The position numbers were made by a program, and so were the translations under genes. From the NCBI GenBank assembly GCA_976551045.1, contig CDPCPM010000056.1, positions 29,822,001-29,886,000 on the forward strand: a stretch of DNA of 64,000 bases. The letters run 5' to 3'. The notes under the pieces were generated by a model. The model did no database searches. It had not been told where the DNA came from and saw only the letters and a list, made by a program, of their open reading frames with translations. Numbering within the stretch: position 1 is the first letter of the stretch; the number at the start of each line of letters is the position of its first letter. This DNA is from Glaucostegus cemiculus. Taxonomy: Eukaryota. This document shows, one piece after another, positions 1-12,142 of this stretch.

Positions 1-59
1 TATGCACAAGTATAGTGAGGTACAGATACAATAGAGAACTCGCTTCAATAATATCCTTA

Positions 60-195
60 TTTTTGGGAAGTAACAGATATTAATTGAGATAATCCAGAAA
101 TATGGTCCTGAGACAAACAGACAGCTGCAATTTTATTGAATGACATAGCAGATGCTGGGGGGCCAAACAGCCTACTGCTTCTATCTCTTATGATG
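60..195 (+). mobile_element. Degenerate CR1-clade LINE 3' tail
   Basis: ttattgaatgacatagcag...ggggccaaacagcctactgcttctatctcttatg resembles the CR1 3' end at 11600-11700. Confidence 0.5.
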
Positions 196-519
196 TTGCA
201 CATTTTGATAAGATAAAACAGTATACCTTTCCAAATCCCAGCACCTCCACAATCAAGGAATGGAGCAGAGCTGACAGTCTTCAGCTATTGCACTTCAAAA
301 GATATTTTGGTTGTCTGTGTAAGCCAGTGTTACCTTACTGTGTGCACATCGGGCAAGAAACAGTCACTGGGAGGGTCCACAATTCCAATGCTTCAATGCG
401 ACGGGAAGTCAGTTATATGGGCAAATGTACTTTGGAGAGAAGCCAGTGCTGCAGCCCGGAATAGGTGACTCATGCACTGCACCATCATCATAAATAACAG
501 AGTACCTTTAGATAATAAG

Positions 520-625
520 CAGAAATATCCTGATGAATGATATATCAGAAATGTTAACCTATCTTTCCATTTCAGATGCTAATTGGTCTTCTGCACATTT
601 CCAGTATTTTCTTTTTTTCACACCA
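520..625 (+). mobile_element. Penelope-like element terminal repeat with minimal hammerhead-ribozyme core
   Basis: CTGATGA (530-536), hairpin TGA-tata-TCA, GAAA (548-551), tgttaac, then cagatgct...catttccagtattttcttttt, the repeat that recurs across this window. Confidence 0.65.
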
Positions 626-1057
626 TGGATGCAGATATTTTTCAACTAAAGTTTTCACAGACTTCTTCGTAAGAGTTTCACTAAAATAGATCTAAAAAAG
701 GATTTGCTACTTTGAGCTCAATATAAATCCAAATGACTTAACCACTGAATGATTATGAAGTGACTAAAGGGAAACAATGGATGAAAAGAAATTAAATTTT
801 GAGGTATTGTGAAAAAAATTTGAACTAAAACCATTCAAGTTGTGATCATGTAGTTCTGAGTAAACTAGTACTGAACTCTAAAAACCAGAATTAATAGGTT
901 TAATACAAGACAGCAAATTTCAAGCAGCTTTATCTGAAGAATGATTTGCTGCACAAAATGCATCTGGGTAATCCTCACATTAAGTTTTACTGAAGGAACT
1001 TGGGCACTTAATGGCCTATTGCAAAATCTGGAAGAATTTTGCTTCATAAAGTTAATC

Positions 1058-1790
1058 TGGATGTTGGAAATCTGAAATAAAAACAGAAAGTGCTTAAAAC
1101 ATGCAACATGTCAGGCAGCTTCTACAGAGAGAAAAATAGAATTAACATTTCAGGTCAATAACATCTTATCAGAATTAGAAAAGTTAGGAATTAAACCTAT
1201 TTGAAGTTCCATAAAGAATAAATGGAATGTCATTGCTAGGGTGGTGAAGGTTTATTTGTCCTAGCTGATCCATTTGGAGAAAGTATGAATATAGGGACAT
1301 GAATAAGATAAGAGTAAAATTGCTGGACTTGTGAGATGCAGACATTGTGTTTGCTAGAAATCTGAAGTAAAACAGAATAATTAAGTACTTAACATGTCAG
1401 GTGGCATCTGTGGCGAGAGAAGAACTGAGTTAATGTTATAGGCTGGTGATCTACATCATAACTGGTCGGTTCCGATACAAACTGAAATGGTTGATTATCT
1501 GAAATTACTGAGTTTAATTTTGAATCCTGAGAGCTACAACATACCTAGAAGAAAGAAGAAGTGTTCTTTAACCTGCATTGGGCTTCAGAGTAAACTTACA
1601 GACTGAACAAAGCTGTTCTGCAAAGTGGTCACCCAATTTGCATTGAGGTTGTCCAACATAGAAGAGGCCATGTCATGAGCACCAAATGCAATACTCTAAA
1701 TTGGAGTAAGTGAAAAATTGATAACTGTTTCACTGGAAGGAGTGTTTGGATCCCTGGATGGTGAGAAAGGAAGAGGTAGGTAAAGGGACA
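1058..1790 (-). mobile_element. Penelope-like retroelement fragment: GIY-YIG endonuclease relic plus two tandem terminal repeats
   Basis: Minus strand about 1705-1612 translates SNLEYCIWCS*HGLFYVGQPQCKLGDHFAEQ, matching the Penelope GIY-YIG pattern NxVYxIxCxxCxxxYIGET; terminal repeat copies at about 1058-1180 and 1345-1470. Confidence 0.8.
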
Positions 1791-1839
1791 TGGGAAAGTG
1801 CAGAGAGGAAAGTAATTGTTGATGGTTTCCACTCTATCA

Positions 1840-2025
1840 ATGACAATACCTCCACTCTTCCCTCTTCTCTGCAGCCAAAAATGTTTTTTTCTACTTATCC
1901 CCATTCTGATGAAATGCCATTGATCCAAAACTTTGTTTCTCTTTCCACATATGCAGTTTGACCCACTGAGTACTTCCAACATTTTCTGTATTTGCTTCTT
2001 CAGTGCATCCGGCATCACCTCTGCA
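1840..2025 (+). mobile_element. Penelope-like terminal repeat, inverted relative to 1058-1790
   Basis: ttCTGATGAaatg (1906-1912), then ctttgtttctctttccacatatgcagtttgacccactgagtacttccaacattttctg, a reverse-complement match to 1060-1140. Confidence 0.7.
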
Positions 2026-2892
2026 ACCAGTGACCTTGGCAAGCCCTCAGTTCTGTTTTTTTTGGTTCTTTTAAATGACCTGCAAATGAAGGGAATTAAT
2101 CAAAGGAAAAAATATAGTTGTCATAGCTGCAGCACCCACTGCCAGCTGATTGTCATTAAAAGATGAAAAACAATCTCCCTGAAAGGGGAATGTTACTGTG
2201 TGGTCCTCATTCCAAAATGACTCTGGCAATATAAGAGGTAAATAATTGAAAGCATCTTTGTGCCAAAGACCACTAACTGTCAAGCACTTCAATCTTATTG
2301 TAAAGTTGTGACAGTCATTCCTGTTATTATATTCATTTATGTAAATATGCTTACATTGTTCATTTATATCAGTGCAACAGTTCACTTGCTTACACAATCT
2401 TTGCTATGAAATGACCCCAAATGTGAAAATACTGACCATGAGTCCTTCATTAAAAGCACCAACAAAAATGTGAAGTTTTATTTGGCTCCTGGTACTAAAA
2501 TGGTTAATGTTTTAACAGACATTTTTAAAATGTTCAAATAATAAAATAAAAAAGTGTGTGCAATTTTTAAACAGAATAATTCTGAACAAAATTGATGCCA
2601 AAAAAAAATCAGCCAGTGATGATGCTCTTGAATTAATGAACACTTTTCCAACAGCTAATAAGCCACTTAACCAGTATGAATGACAGAAAGTCTTTGAATG
2701 CAGTGTGCAATACTTTTGGAAAATGGTCAAGTGGCAAATTTGTAAATCCTGTTCATTGGCCACCACTATCTTAGAAAGGAAAATGTGCTGAATATTTTGT
2801 AGGGCAGGGAGAATCCAAACAAGAAAACTATGTGCAAACATATAAGAAAGCATAAGTTTTCATGCTCACATTTTTATAGTTAACAGATACAT

Positions 2893-3133
2893 GCACAACT
2901 CCTTGATTTACGAATGTTCAATTTATGAATTTTCACTGTAGTGCTATTGATTCGCAGGGATGCATGTCTTCCATTTATGAGGCTATTTTTTGCTATAATA
3001 AATAGCACACCACTCTCCCTGCATAGGAATACACTACAGTGTTGCAAATCATCCAGTCTTCTTGAATTACACACTGTTGCTTAACAAAATGTTTTCCAGA
3101 GATGCATTCTTCTTGTAAATTGAGGAATGGCTA
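2893..3133. mobile_element. Tigger/pogo-like MITE relic
   Basis: Imperfect terminal inverted repeats: caactccttgatttacgaa (left) versus reverse complement of ttgtaaattgaggaatgg (right); the subterminal segment resembles 7480-7524. Confidence 0.45.
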
Positions 3134-6100
3134 TTTATATGAACTAAAAATGTGTTTAATGTATTTTCACCTTAAAACTGATGAACTTGCATTGATATAT
3201 ATTAACATAAAATAAGGAAGATATTGAAAGTTGTTAGGATGATCATTTGCATTATGCATGTCAAGAAAGGAAAGGTTATATTATAGGACAGAGTTTCCAT
3301 TAGTCAAACCCATCTATAAAACCAAAAGTTTAAAGCTGAAATCTGAACATAACAGAAGACTGAAGTAAGTCACTAATATACCAATGTAAAAATGTGAGGA
3401 ATCTAAACAGAACTCAGAAAATGACAAAAGTTCATAATACAATCATTTAGCATCTAAAAAATGTCCAGACTTTTGTTAGCATGGTAGAGAGCTGATATGT
3501 TCAAGGGTAGCCTGTCAAAAGATATTGGGAGAGAAATTAGTCTTTGAAGGCTTACACTTAATTGTGAGAGTACAGGCTCTTGACAGTATTCACCTCTGCA
3601 CGTTTGGTTCCATTGATCATTACAGTTATGTGCATGTATGAAGGAAGATGGGGGTAGTGGGTAAACCAGCCGATGGACTTGTGAATCCTTCCTGCTTATA
3701 GTCCATATTATTTGAAGAAACAGATCTTAGCATATTTGTTTAAAAGGAAAAAACACAAGAACACATGCCCTATCGTGAGCTGTTTTTTGCTTCCATCCAA
3801 TACATGCTTAAACTAGTTGAAGAGCTGGTTGTCCAGACTGCAGTCATAGTTTTTCTTTATCCTTCAGAACAAAGTATAAAGTATTGCAGTTCTTTCCATT
3901 GCAATACTTTAAGAACTATGGAGCCATTCAACTTAACCAATTTGCCTCTTCACCTATGACTCATCATTTTAGAGAAACATTAAAACATTTCATGAATTAT
4001 AACGTTAATGGAATCAAGTAAATTGCAATTAGCTCCCTAAATTTAGATCATAATTTATAGCCTGTTAAATTCTACAGCAATGCAAAAGTAGCTCAGTTAA
4101 TCTTTTGCTGCATTGCATATGTAAAGGGTGGACATAAATATGCAGGTAGACATTTATTGCTGTACCACACAAAATTAATAATTACCTCACCTTTAGTTAT
4201 TTCCTTTAGTTAATGCAAGTGATTTAAAGAATTTCTATCATACACAATATGTGTAACAGACAATAAACTATTCAAATAAAACTAGTATTTTGACGTCATG
4301 CATATTATGTTTGTGCCATTTCAGATCAGTAATAACTGTGTTAAAGTATAGTAGATCACATTGCATCATTTATCACCTGCTGAAGATTCTAGCTGTAATG
4401 TTACTTAGCCAACATTCAGGATTAAAGGCTTTATGTTCTGTTATAGTTTATCAATTTCAACAAGACCACAGAAAATGCTTTCCTTCAGAAAAATGAAATC
4501 CAAAAACCAGATTTATACTGTTGAAAAGTGGAATATTTAGTAATTTGAATAGCTATTTCATAATACAAGGAAATGATAAGACTGATTTCCACATGTTCAT
4601 AATTTTTCTATGAAAAAATACTTAGGGATTGGTTGGGAAGTAAACACAACTGCAAAGAAAAACAAAAGCTATAGAAAAGAAGGGTTTGACTGCTGGTACA
4701 TTATTTAATCACTACTTCGGCTTATAAATGCACTTAGAAAAAAACTTTCAGTGTTTCCCTTACAAGCCAGAAGCCAATCTACATGAATAATTTATCACTT
4801 GTCTCAATGATCTGATCATTCATTAGAGGAAATAAATTATCGTTGAGTCTTCATTCCACGTAAGAAGCCTTTCTTAAGCCATTAAAGAAATGAATAAAAT
4901 AATTTTTGCATTTTGAGCTAATGTTTGGAACTATGACCATGTAAAGCAAAACTCTGTTACGCCTTGCAAGATTCAGGTCCCATACTGGAAACAGCCTTAA
5001 CTAAGTACCAATTCTGATACAATTCAACTTTTCTTTAAATTTAGCAAGCCTTTGTGCCAAAAACACACAAAACCATGCCATAGTCTTTTGGAATGCAAAA
5101 GAATTGCAGAATTGCCTCCAGTTATCTTGATACCAACACTGGTTTCCTCCAGGTTCTACCATGGTATGCTGTAGGTATTACATTTATAATGTTTTCCTCA
5201 TCCTTCCCTCCATATCTTGTAAGCTTGACTTCAATGAGCTTTTCAAAACACTTGCAGTACTTGCAGTAAAATGAGAGCCCAAGAAATACAACAATATTGA
5301 CTAGTCTTGTTTCAATATTAACTTTCATTAACCTGGGTGTGTACATCAATTTGTAAGCTATTTAAGGATCTTTTTCAAGGTTTATGTTTTCAAGCAACTA
5401 CAATCTACAATTCATAAAAAACAAGGAAGCTCCTGATTCACTGAAGTAAATTGTTATGATCTGCAACTCCAAAAAATCCCTCTTCTAAATTTAGTTTCCA
5501 GAATAAATGTTGCTGTTCATTCAGGCAACCTACTGCTTTTGTAGCAAAAAACCTGCTGATACTAAAAATCTGAAAAAAAAGACAGTGCTGGGGACCCTCT
5601 GCTGCTTGTTCCATTTCCTGAGTGCTTTCACTCGTTGACAGTGACTACTGTTTAAATATAGGTACCTTGTTTCAAGAGGAGGATTAGATCACAGCTCCTT
5701 TTGTGTAAGGACTCCTGAAGCTTCAACAGATACCAGTACACCTGGGAATCAGCTCCTCTCCCAGGTGGGTCTCATTTACTCTTCAGTAGTTTTGTGTTGT
5801 ATAAACATGCTAGTTCCAACTGGGACGCTGCATCAGTGATTAGTACAAATTGCTTCAAGTGCCAGACCACCCACACCCACCCGATTTCCCTATCTCCAGC
5901 CCATACAGGCTACTTTTAACAACAAGTTTTGTTACATTTCTGTTTTTCAAGAACAATAAATAGTACCACATCATATGATAAAGGAAAACAAAGTTACTTT
6001 AGGGCAACTCAGTGCTTCCATCTTCTGCAACTGAAATACCATTTTTTGTTTATATGACTAAGACTTTGGCCAAGAATATCCCATCAACACCAAACTAACT

Positions 6101-7203
6101 ATGCTTACAGATGATTGTGGATAAAGCTCCTCACAAAGATCCAGCAATTTCCTTGGTGAAAACTTCCCATCAGTTGATGCATGTTATTATCTGGCATTAT
6201 TTCTAAAGGACTCCTGCTTTCTCAGCTCTGATGTCATCAAAATGATTGCGCGGCAAATCACCTTAAAGAATTCTCAGAGATAGCATACCATAAACAAGAA
6301 AACAAATCTTAAAATATTTTATACATATACAGAATGTTAAATAACAAACAGAACACATACATATATTTAAGGTATCTTCTTAAATTATCCTTATGTTTTT
6401 TCTAATATATATTTTTTACAAACTTTTAAATTCCCTATAATTTCAAACATTAATGTGATTTACTTAGAGCTTTCATACATAAGATCAAGTTCCTCAAAGC
6501 TAAATATTTTCTTAAGCTGTAGTTAAAGCTTTGTACATAATTCAAAATTATCTGGTTTTCAAAGTTTGTACTTTGAGGGTATTTTACAATCGGACAAGTT
6601 TGCAAATATCATAAATACTAGTAAATGTAAGTCATCTCCCCTGACTGCAATGGATAATGCTGCAAATATCACAGCCTGACAGGATAAATTATAGAAGTTA
6701 ACTTACGGATTTTCACTTACCATGCAAAGAAATCCATAAAGGTCCTGTCATTTTTGTAACCAACATTGTACTAGCCCATCCACAAGTCCCAATTACTTTG
6801 TGTGAATCCCTGGTGCCAAGCAAAGCCTCACCAATTGTATCTGGGGCACAACTTTATAAAAACTTCCTATGTAAACGTATCACTATGACATTACCATTTC
6901 TGACGTTTCAACACTTAAAACAGCAGAAATTGCAACACCTTAGTTACACAGGAATTGTACACAATAAATGTAAATTCAATGACTCAGGATGGAGAGCATG
7001 GGCAGAGATTGAGGCTTGTAATATGTGAAAGGGAAAATTTAGTGGAATGCCACACATGATGTCCAGACCAAATGATGAAGGTGATTTTAAAATCATACTG
7101 TACATGCTGTTCTAATTTTTTATACATGCATCTAATTTCATTTTATTATTTGCAATTGAATAACAAAGATTAATATAATTTGAGAAGCAATCTGACACAG
7201 TTA

Positions 7204-7524
7204 CAGGAGCTTCCCAGATTTAGGATGACCTGATTTAAGAAATCCAACTTTATGCAAATTCTCCCTTAGATTTTTTTTAAATGTTTTTCCAGATACTACT
7301 AATAATAATGTTTTCTGGTATTTACTAATGACTCAACACAGTATGTATTCCATTAGTTTAACCATAAGTAGTGTTAGGGTGAATATTCAATGAAATATGA
7401 AATATATGTACAGTAATACCATAGAAAACTATATTACTATAGAAAACAGACATTCATGACATGGAAAAATTGGCTTATGGACAGTTCTCAGAACAGAATC
7501 CTTATGTATGCCAAGGACTGCTTG
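7204..7524. mobile_element. Tigger/pogo-like MITE relic flanked by TA
   Basis: TA|caggagcttcccagatttag ... gtatgccaaggactgcttg|TA: degenerate CAGGCAGTCC-type TIRs with TA on both sides. Confidence 0.5.
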
Positions 7525-8092
7525 TAATTGAACAACCAAAGTTATTCTATAGTAGTGGCAGAAGAGTTAAAAGCTTGGTTTACAAGTGAAAGGTGCCCCC
7601 ACCCAACCCCTGGCCTCCCCTCACCCATCTCCCCCTGCGGAAATGTGGTAAAGTTAGAACTGGGGTGTAGTTATATAAACAAATCCTTAAACATTTATTA
7701 TTAGTGGGGACAGGTGGGTGGTGAAACAAATCTGAATGAAGTAGGACAGAGCAAAAATACTTTGGGAACTTTTGTGTTGGTAGATGTCAAAGAAAAAGCC
7801 TAGAGCTCTAAAGTGTCAGAAGACTGAAAAGGCAGCATATGTTTACATGAGCATTTCCCATTCTAACTTTGAGCAGAGGAATTTATAATGGCACATAGGC
7901 AGCATAAAAGTTTGATCAAAACTATTGGAAGGAAATTTGCAGGAGTACACATTTTTAATAACATTGTGGAAATATACCTGATATTTGGGTAGATTCTACT
8001 CTGAAGAATTTTTAACATACTCATAAGGGACAGAAGATAAAAGAATCATATTTCTGTCTGTGTTGAGGTAGATGATAGTTAACGATTGCAGA

Positions 8093-8122
8093 GTGTGTGT
8101 GTGTGTACGCGCGCGCATGCGT
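8093..8122. repeat. Alternating purine-pyrimidine tract (GT)7-AC-(GC)4-ATGCGT
   Basis: 30 nt of uninterrupted RY alternation read directly from the sequence. Confidence 0.9.
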
Positions 8123-8908
8123 TCAATATATACACATGTATTCTATGGAGAAACTCAGCCAGGATTTCTGCAAAATATCAGTTTCCCAATACTGGCTTAA
8201 CATGAAGAAGAGACACAGGCAAACTTGAAAATTCTGTTTGCAGGTAGAATATTAACTACGTGGCACCTTCAAAAGGGGAAATTGAAGAAACATTTTTAAA
8301 AAGATAATGTGCACCATTTTGATTTTTCTCCTGCCCTTCTACTGCTTGGTTTAGACCTTGTGTTAGGATTGGATTGTGTCCACAATACTCCTCCAGTAGC
8401 CCAGATCAAAATTGTCTTTTGGAAAAGACCTGATCAATATAATACCTCAACTTTGACAAAAGTACTTAGAACCAGGAATCTTCCCAATTCATGCACTAGT
8501 GACCCTTCATGGTATTCTTTCTCAAACATACATTTTTGAAATAAAAAGATCTCTCTACTATAGTGGACAGTGAATAACAATAGACAGGACCACAATGGCT
8601 GCTTGGAGCCATGATTAAGGATATGAAAATCCAAATATTTATTCAGATAGGAAATATTTTTGTCCCAACTCTAAAAAAAAATTAAGTTTAAATATAAAGA
8701 TGTATTATAGAAGTCCCATCTTGTTAGTTTGACCACAATACTGTAACAGTAATCATTTAGTAAGCATCAGTGGATATACTATTGAAATTTCACAACCTGG
8801 TGGGAGGCTGAGTAAGCACCTATTAAAATAGCCATTTTAATCTGACATCCTTGAGTATGTAATTTGAATGGGAAAGGCAGTATCACATAGCCTTTAAGAG
8901 AACTGTGC

Positions 8909-9229
8909 ACTACCCTGTTCAACTTACTTGAACTAATAAGGGTACTTACTTCAGCATTATTAATAATTAAAAGTAATATCATGCTTTTTAAGCTCTCTGT
9001 TCAAATTCCATGATGCTACCTTATTATTTTGGCCTTACTACCCTGGAGAATTGATTTTTAAAGCTATATGTGCTCTTGTTAAAGAAACTATTTGATTAAT
9101 TGTCATCCTTAGTTCAGTTCTGTATCTACAAAAGGAATGACATCTTGGGCTTAAGTATGACTGAAGCAAGGATCTTGGAACTACCTTGTTCAATTTACTT
9201 GAACTAACAAAGGTACTTACTTTAGTATT
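8909..9229. repeat. Direct repeat pair of a 50-nt structured motif (8909-8958 and 9180-9229)
   Basis: actaccctgttcaacttacttgaactaataagggtacttacttcagcatt versus actaccttgttcaatttacttgaactaacaaaggtacttactttagtatt: 44/50 identical, all differences are transitions. Confidence 0.9.
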
Positions 9230-11393
9230 CAGTTTGACTGGCACTGCTTCCTTGTGGCAAGATATTTGAACTTGCTTCCACTGCACACATTTTACAGCTC
9301 CTCTTGTAATCTAATCTAGATAAGCAGATTTCCAAGTTCTGTCCAGGCCTTCTGCACAACGGCCACCAAAATATATACCTGGTATCATCCTTATTTTTTT
9401 CTAAAAATAAATTGTTTGTCTAAAAAACTTACAGAACATATTGCAACTTTCAAGGCCAAGGAAACTGTCAATCTCCAATAGGAACAGTCATCTTGGATGA
9501 ATCAACTTACCAGGAAGTAGCACTAAGCTCTATACTGAGGGATAGAATTGAAAATAACTGTGGGGGACAGATGCAGTCTGCTTCTCATATACTGATTAAG
9601 CCTAACATACATTGAGAATGTTTTTAAAACCTTCACATATGTTACAGGTTCTCCTGTCTTATAAATAGTTGTAGTTAACTAATACCAATATGGCATTGAG
9701 TTGTACAATTTCCATTAAAACATCACTATTGCCAATCCAGAGTCAAAATATAAAACAAGTCTGAGAAATACATTAAATATGTGAAACACAGTGGATAAAG
9801 AACATGTCAATTACAATAAAGGACAACCTAAAATGTGCCTATCAGCAAAATCTCCTCAAGCACTTAAAAACTGTTGAGCGTTGTCCTCTGAATGCAGTAG
9901 TTAATAGAGATCAACCAATTATCAGTTGTGAATATGAGTTTGTAGAACTATTACTTTAAAAGGCAGGCTGACTCTCATCCTGCTGGTTTCGGTTCAGTTG
10001 TTTACTGGTCTTTTCCCATCATAATAAAAGCTTATTAAACAGTTATAAAATATCTCTATGTATCAGTGGATTACTGGATAATGAGTTATAAGTTATTGCA
10101 TTTGCTGCCACTGAAGACATCAAAATGTGGTCAGCAGTCCTGTTTTAATGATGAATATGCAGATAGATTTTATTTATATAATTTGACAAGTATCATCAAG
10201 TAACTCAGCAAGAAACCATAGAGTCAACCAGTGATACACTGGCAACACAAGAAAACAACTTGGGCATTTGCAAAAAATTCTACTTTTGCTCTTTTATCGA
10301 GCTTATTTTAGTGGTCTGATTGCCATTCCCTTTCCATGTATCTAATTTGTGCAAACAATTTCTGTGAAGGGATCTTTGGCAATGTTTGGATTAAAGCCAT
10401 GATTTTCATGTTCTTTGATGATTCCTGACATCACAACATGAAATTATTGCAATAAAGTATTTCAAACTTCCAACAAAAATATTGTACTGACTTGTAGGGA
10501 CACTAAAGGAACATGTTTAACTCCTAACTTTAACCCATGCAGAATACCCCAAATTTCAATTTAAAGAAAAATGACTTTTCATTAATTTACACAATTTCCT
10601 AAAGTGCTGATTTTTTTTTTGATTTTCACTTGACATATTCTTTCATTTCATTGTCAGCTGTAATTGATAATGCAATATTTATCAGGGAATTCCTGTGGAC
10701 AATATAATCCAACACTTCTCAGAAATGTTGAGCATTCCTCACCTTTTTATTTTCACTTAAGATTTTATTTGTTCAATTTGAGCACTTATTCACCAATATC
10801 AGCAACAGCCACTTACTGATTTAAAATTTCCTCATTATCTTTTAATAGCAGGCCTCTGGATTCTCCACTCCTCTACTAGAATTCTGCAAATCAACACAAC
10901 CTCCATTTTATAATCATCTCCGTGTTCTCTCTCTTTGGGTTGTTTGGCATCAGCTTTACGTCTTTTGTTGCTCCACTGCCTACTCTAGTCCAAAAACCCT
11001 TCAGAATTCTATCGAACTTCTCAGCCAACAGTTGCTAACGCCCAGTCGTATCCCACCAAATAAGCAGCAAAACAAAAAGGGCAGGTGAACAGTGAGAACT
11101 ACCCTCACCAATAAGAACCCAAGTCTGGACTGGACTTAAGTGTGCAAAGGAACATGAGACAAGTTTCAAGATGGATTGAGGTGAGGGGTCTTGTGCAGCC
11201 ACCCACATTCCCATGCACTGGCTATCCTGACTGTTGGAACCAGCTTGTCGATGCCCTGGTCTCCAAATTCAAACACCATGGATTATCACAGCTGCAAGTG
11301 CCATTTAGTTCTGCACAGTTTTATAAGATTGTTATTTTAAATCAAATTACAAATATTGAGAAAAACAGTATAAAAAAGACATTAACATAGAGC

Positions 11394-11703
11394 TTTCTTC
11401 TCTCAGAGGATAGTGAAAGATGCATAGAAGTTTCTTCCTCTCTCAGAGGGTAGTGAATCTCTGGAATTTTATGCCACTGAGGTTGGTAGAGTCCAGACCA
11501 TTAGATATTTAAGATCGAGAAAGATAACTATTTCAAGAATCGAGGAATTCAGGTTAATGGGGAACTGGCACAGAAGAGGAGATGGGGTCAACATAGATCA
11601 GTCATGATCATATTGAATGGTGGAGCAAGTTGGAGAAGTGTGGTCCTATAGTCCTGCTCAATTCTCCTGTTCCTATTTTCTTGTGTTTTCAATGTGTTCT
11701 TAA
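11394..11703 (+). mobile_element. CR1-clade LINE 3' fragment
   Basis: tctcagagggtagtgaatctctggaat (SQRVVNLWN, CR1 ORF2 C-terminus) followed by 3' UTR and a tgtgttct-type tail; the first ~25 nt are locally duplicated (11394-11417 and 11431-11457). Confidence 0.85.
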
Positions 11704-11869
11704 GTTCTTTCAAAATTTTTGATGAGCTTTAGTAATAATATCCCTTAACAATTTTAGGCAAGTTTTTCATTCTATTAGTATTGAATGTGATGCAAACAGG
11801 CATTGTTTTACTTCATTGGTAAATTCTGCTCTCTATGGGTTAAGGTGCTATCCCAGGATCTGACTGACA

Positions 11870-12142
11870 TGTTATAAGTGTATTGGAAGCCTATGACCTG
11901 TAGAGTGCCACTGCAATCAGTGCTGGCACCCTCACTGTTTGTTATGTACATTAATGATTTGGCTACAAATATATCAGATATGATTACTAAGTTTGCAGAT
12001 GACACAAAAATTGGTAGTGTTATTTATAAGGACATAATTGTAGACTGCAGAATAACAATATTAGTTGGCAAGATGGGTAGAGCAAAGGCAGATGGAATTT
12101 AATCTGGACAAGTGTGAGGTGAAGCACTTTGGGAGGACTACA
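11870..12142 (+). mobile_element. CR1-clade LINE reverse transcriptase fragment
   Basis: ORF track: VPLQSVLAPSLFVMYINDL...ITKFADDTKIG (RT catalytic region) and, after a frameshift, QMEFNLDKCEVKHFGR. Confidence 0.9.

Noticed and set aside
2616-2700. GTGATGA as a possible snoRNA C box
   Set aside because: No CTGA D box or terminal stem at a suitable distance
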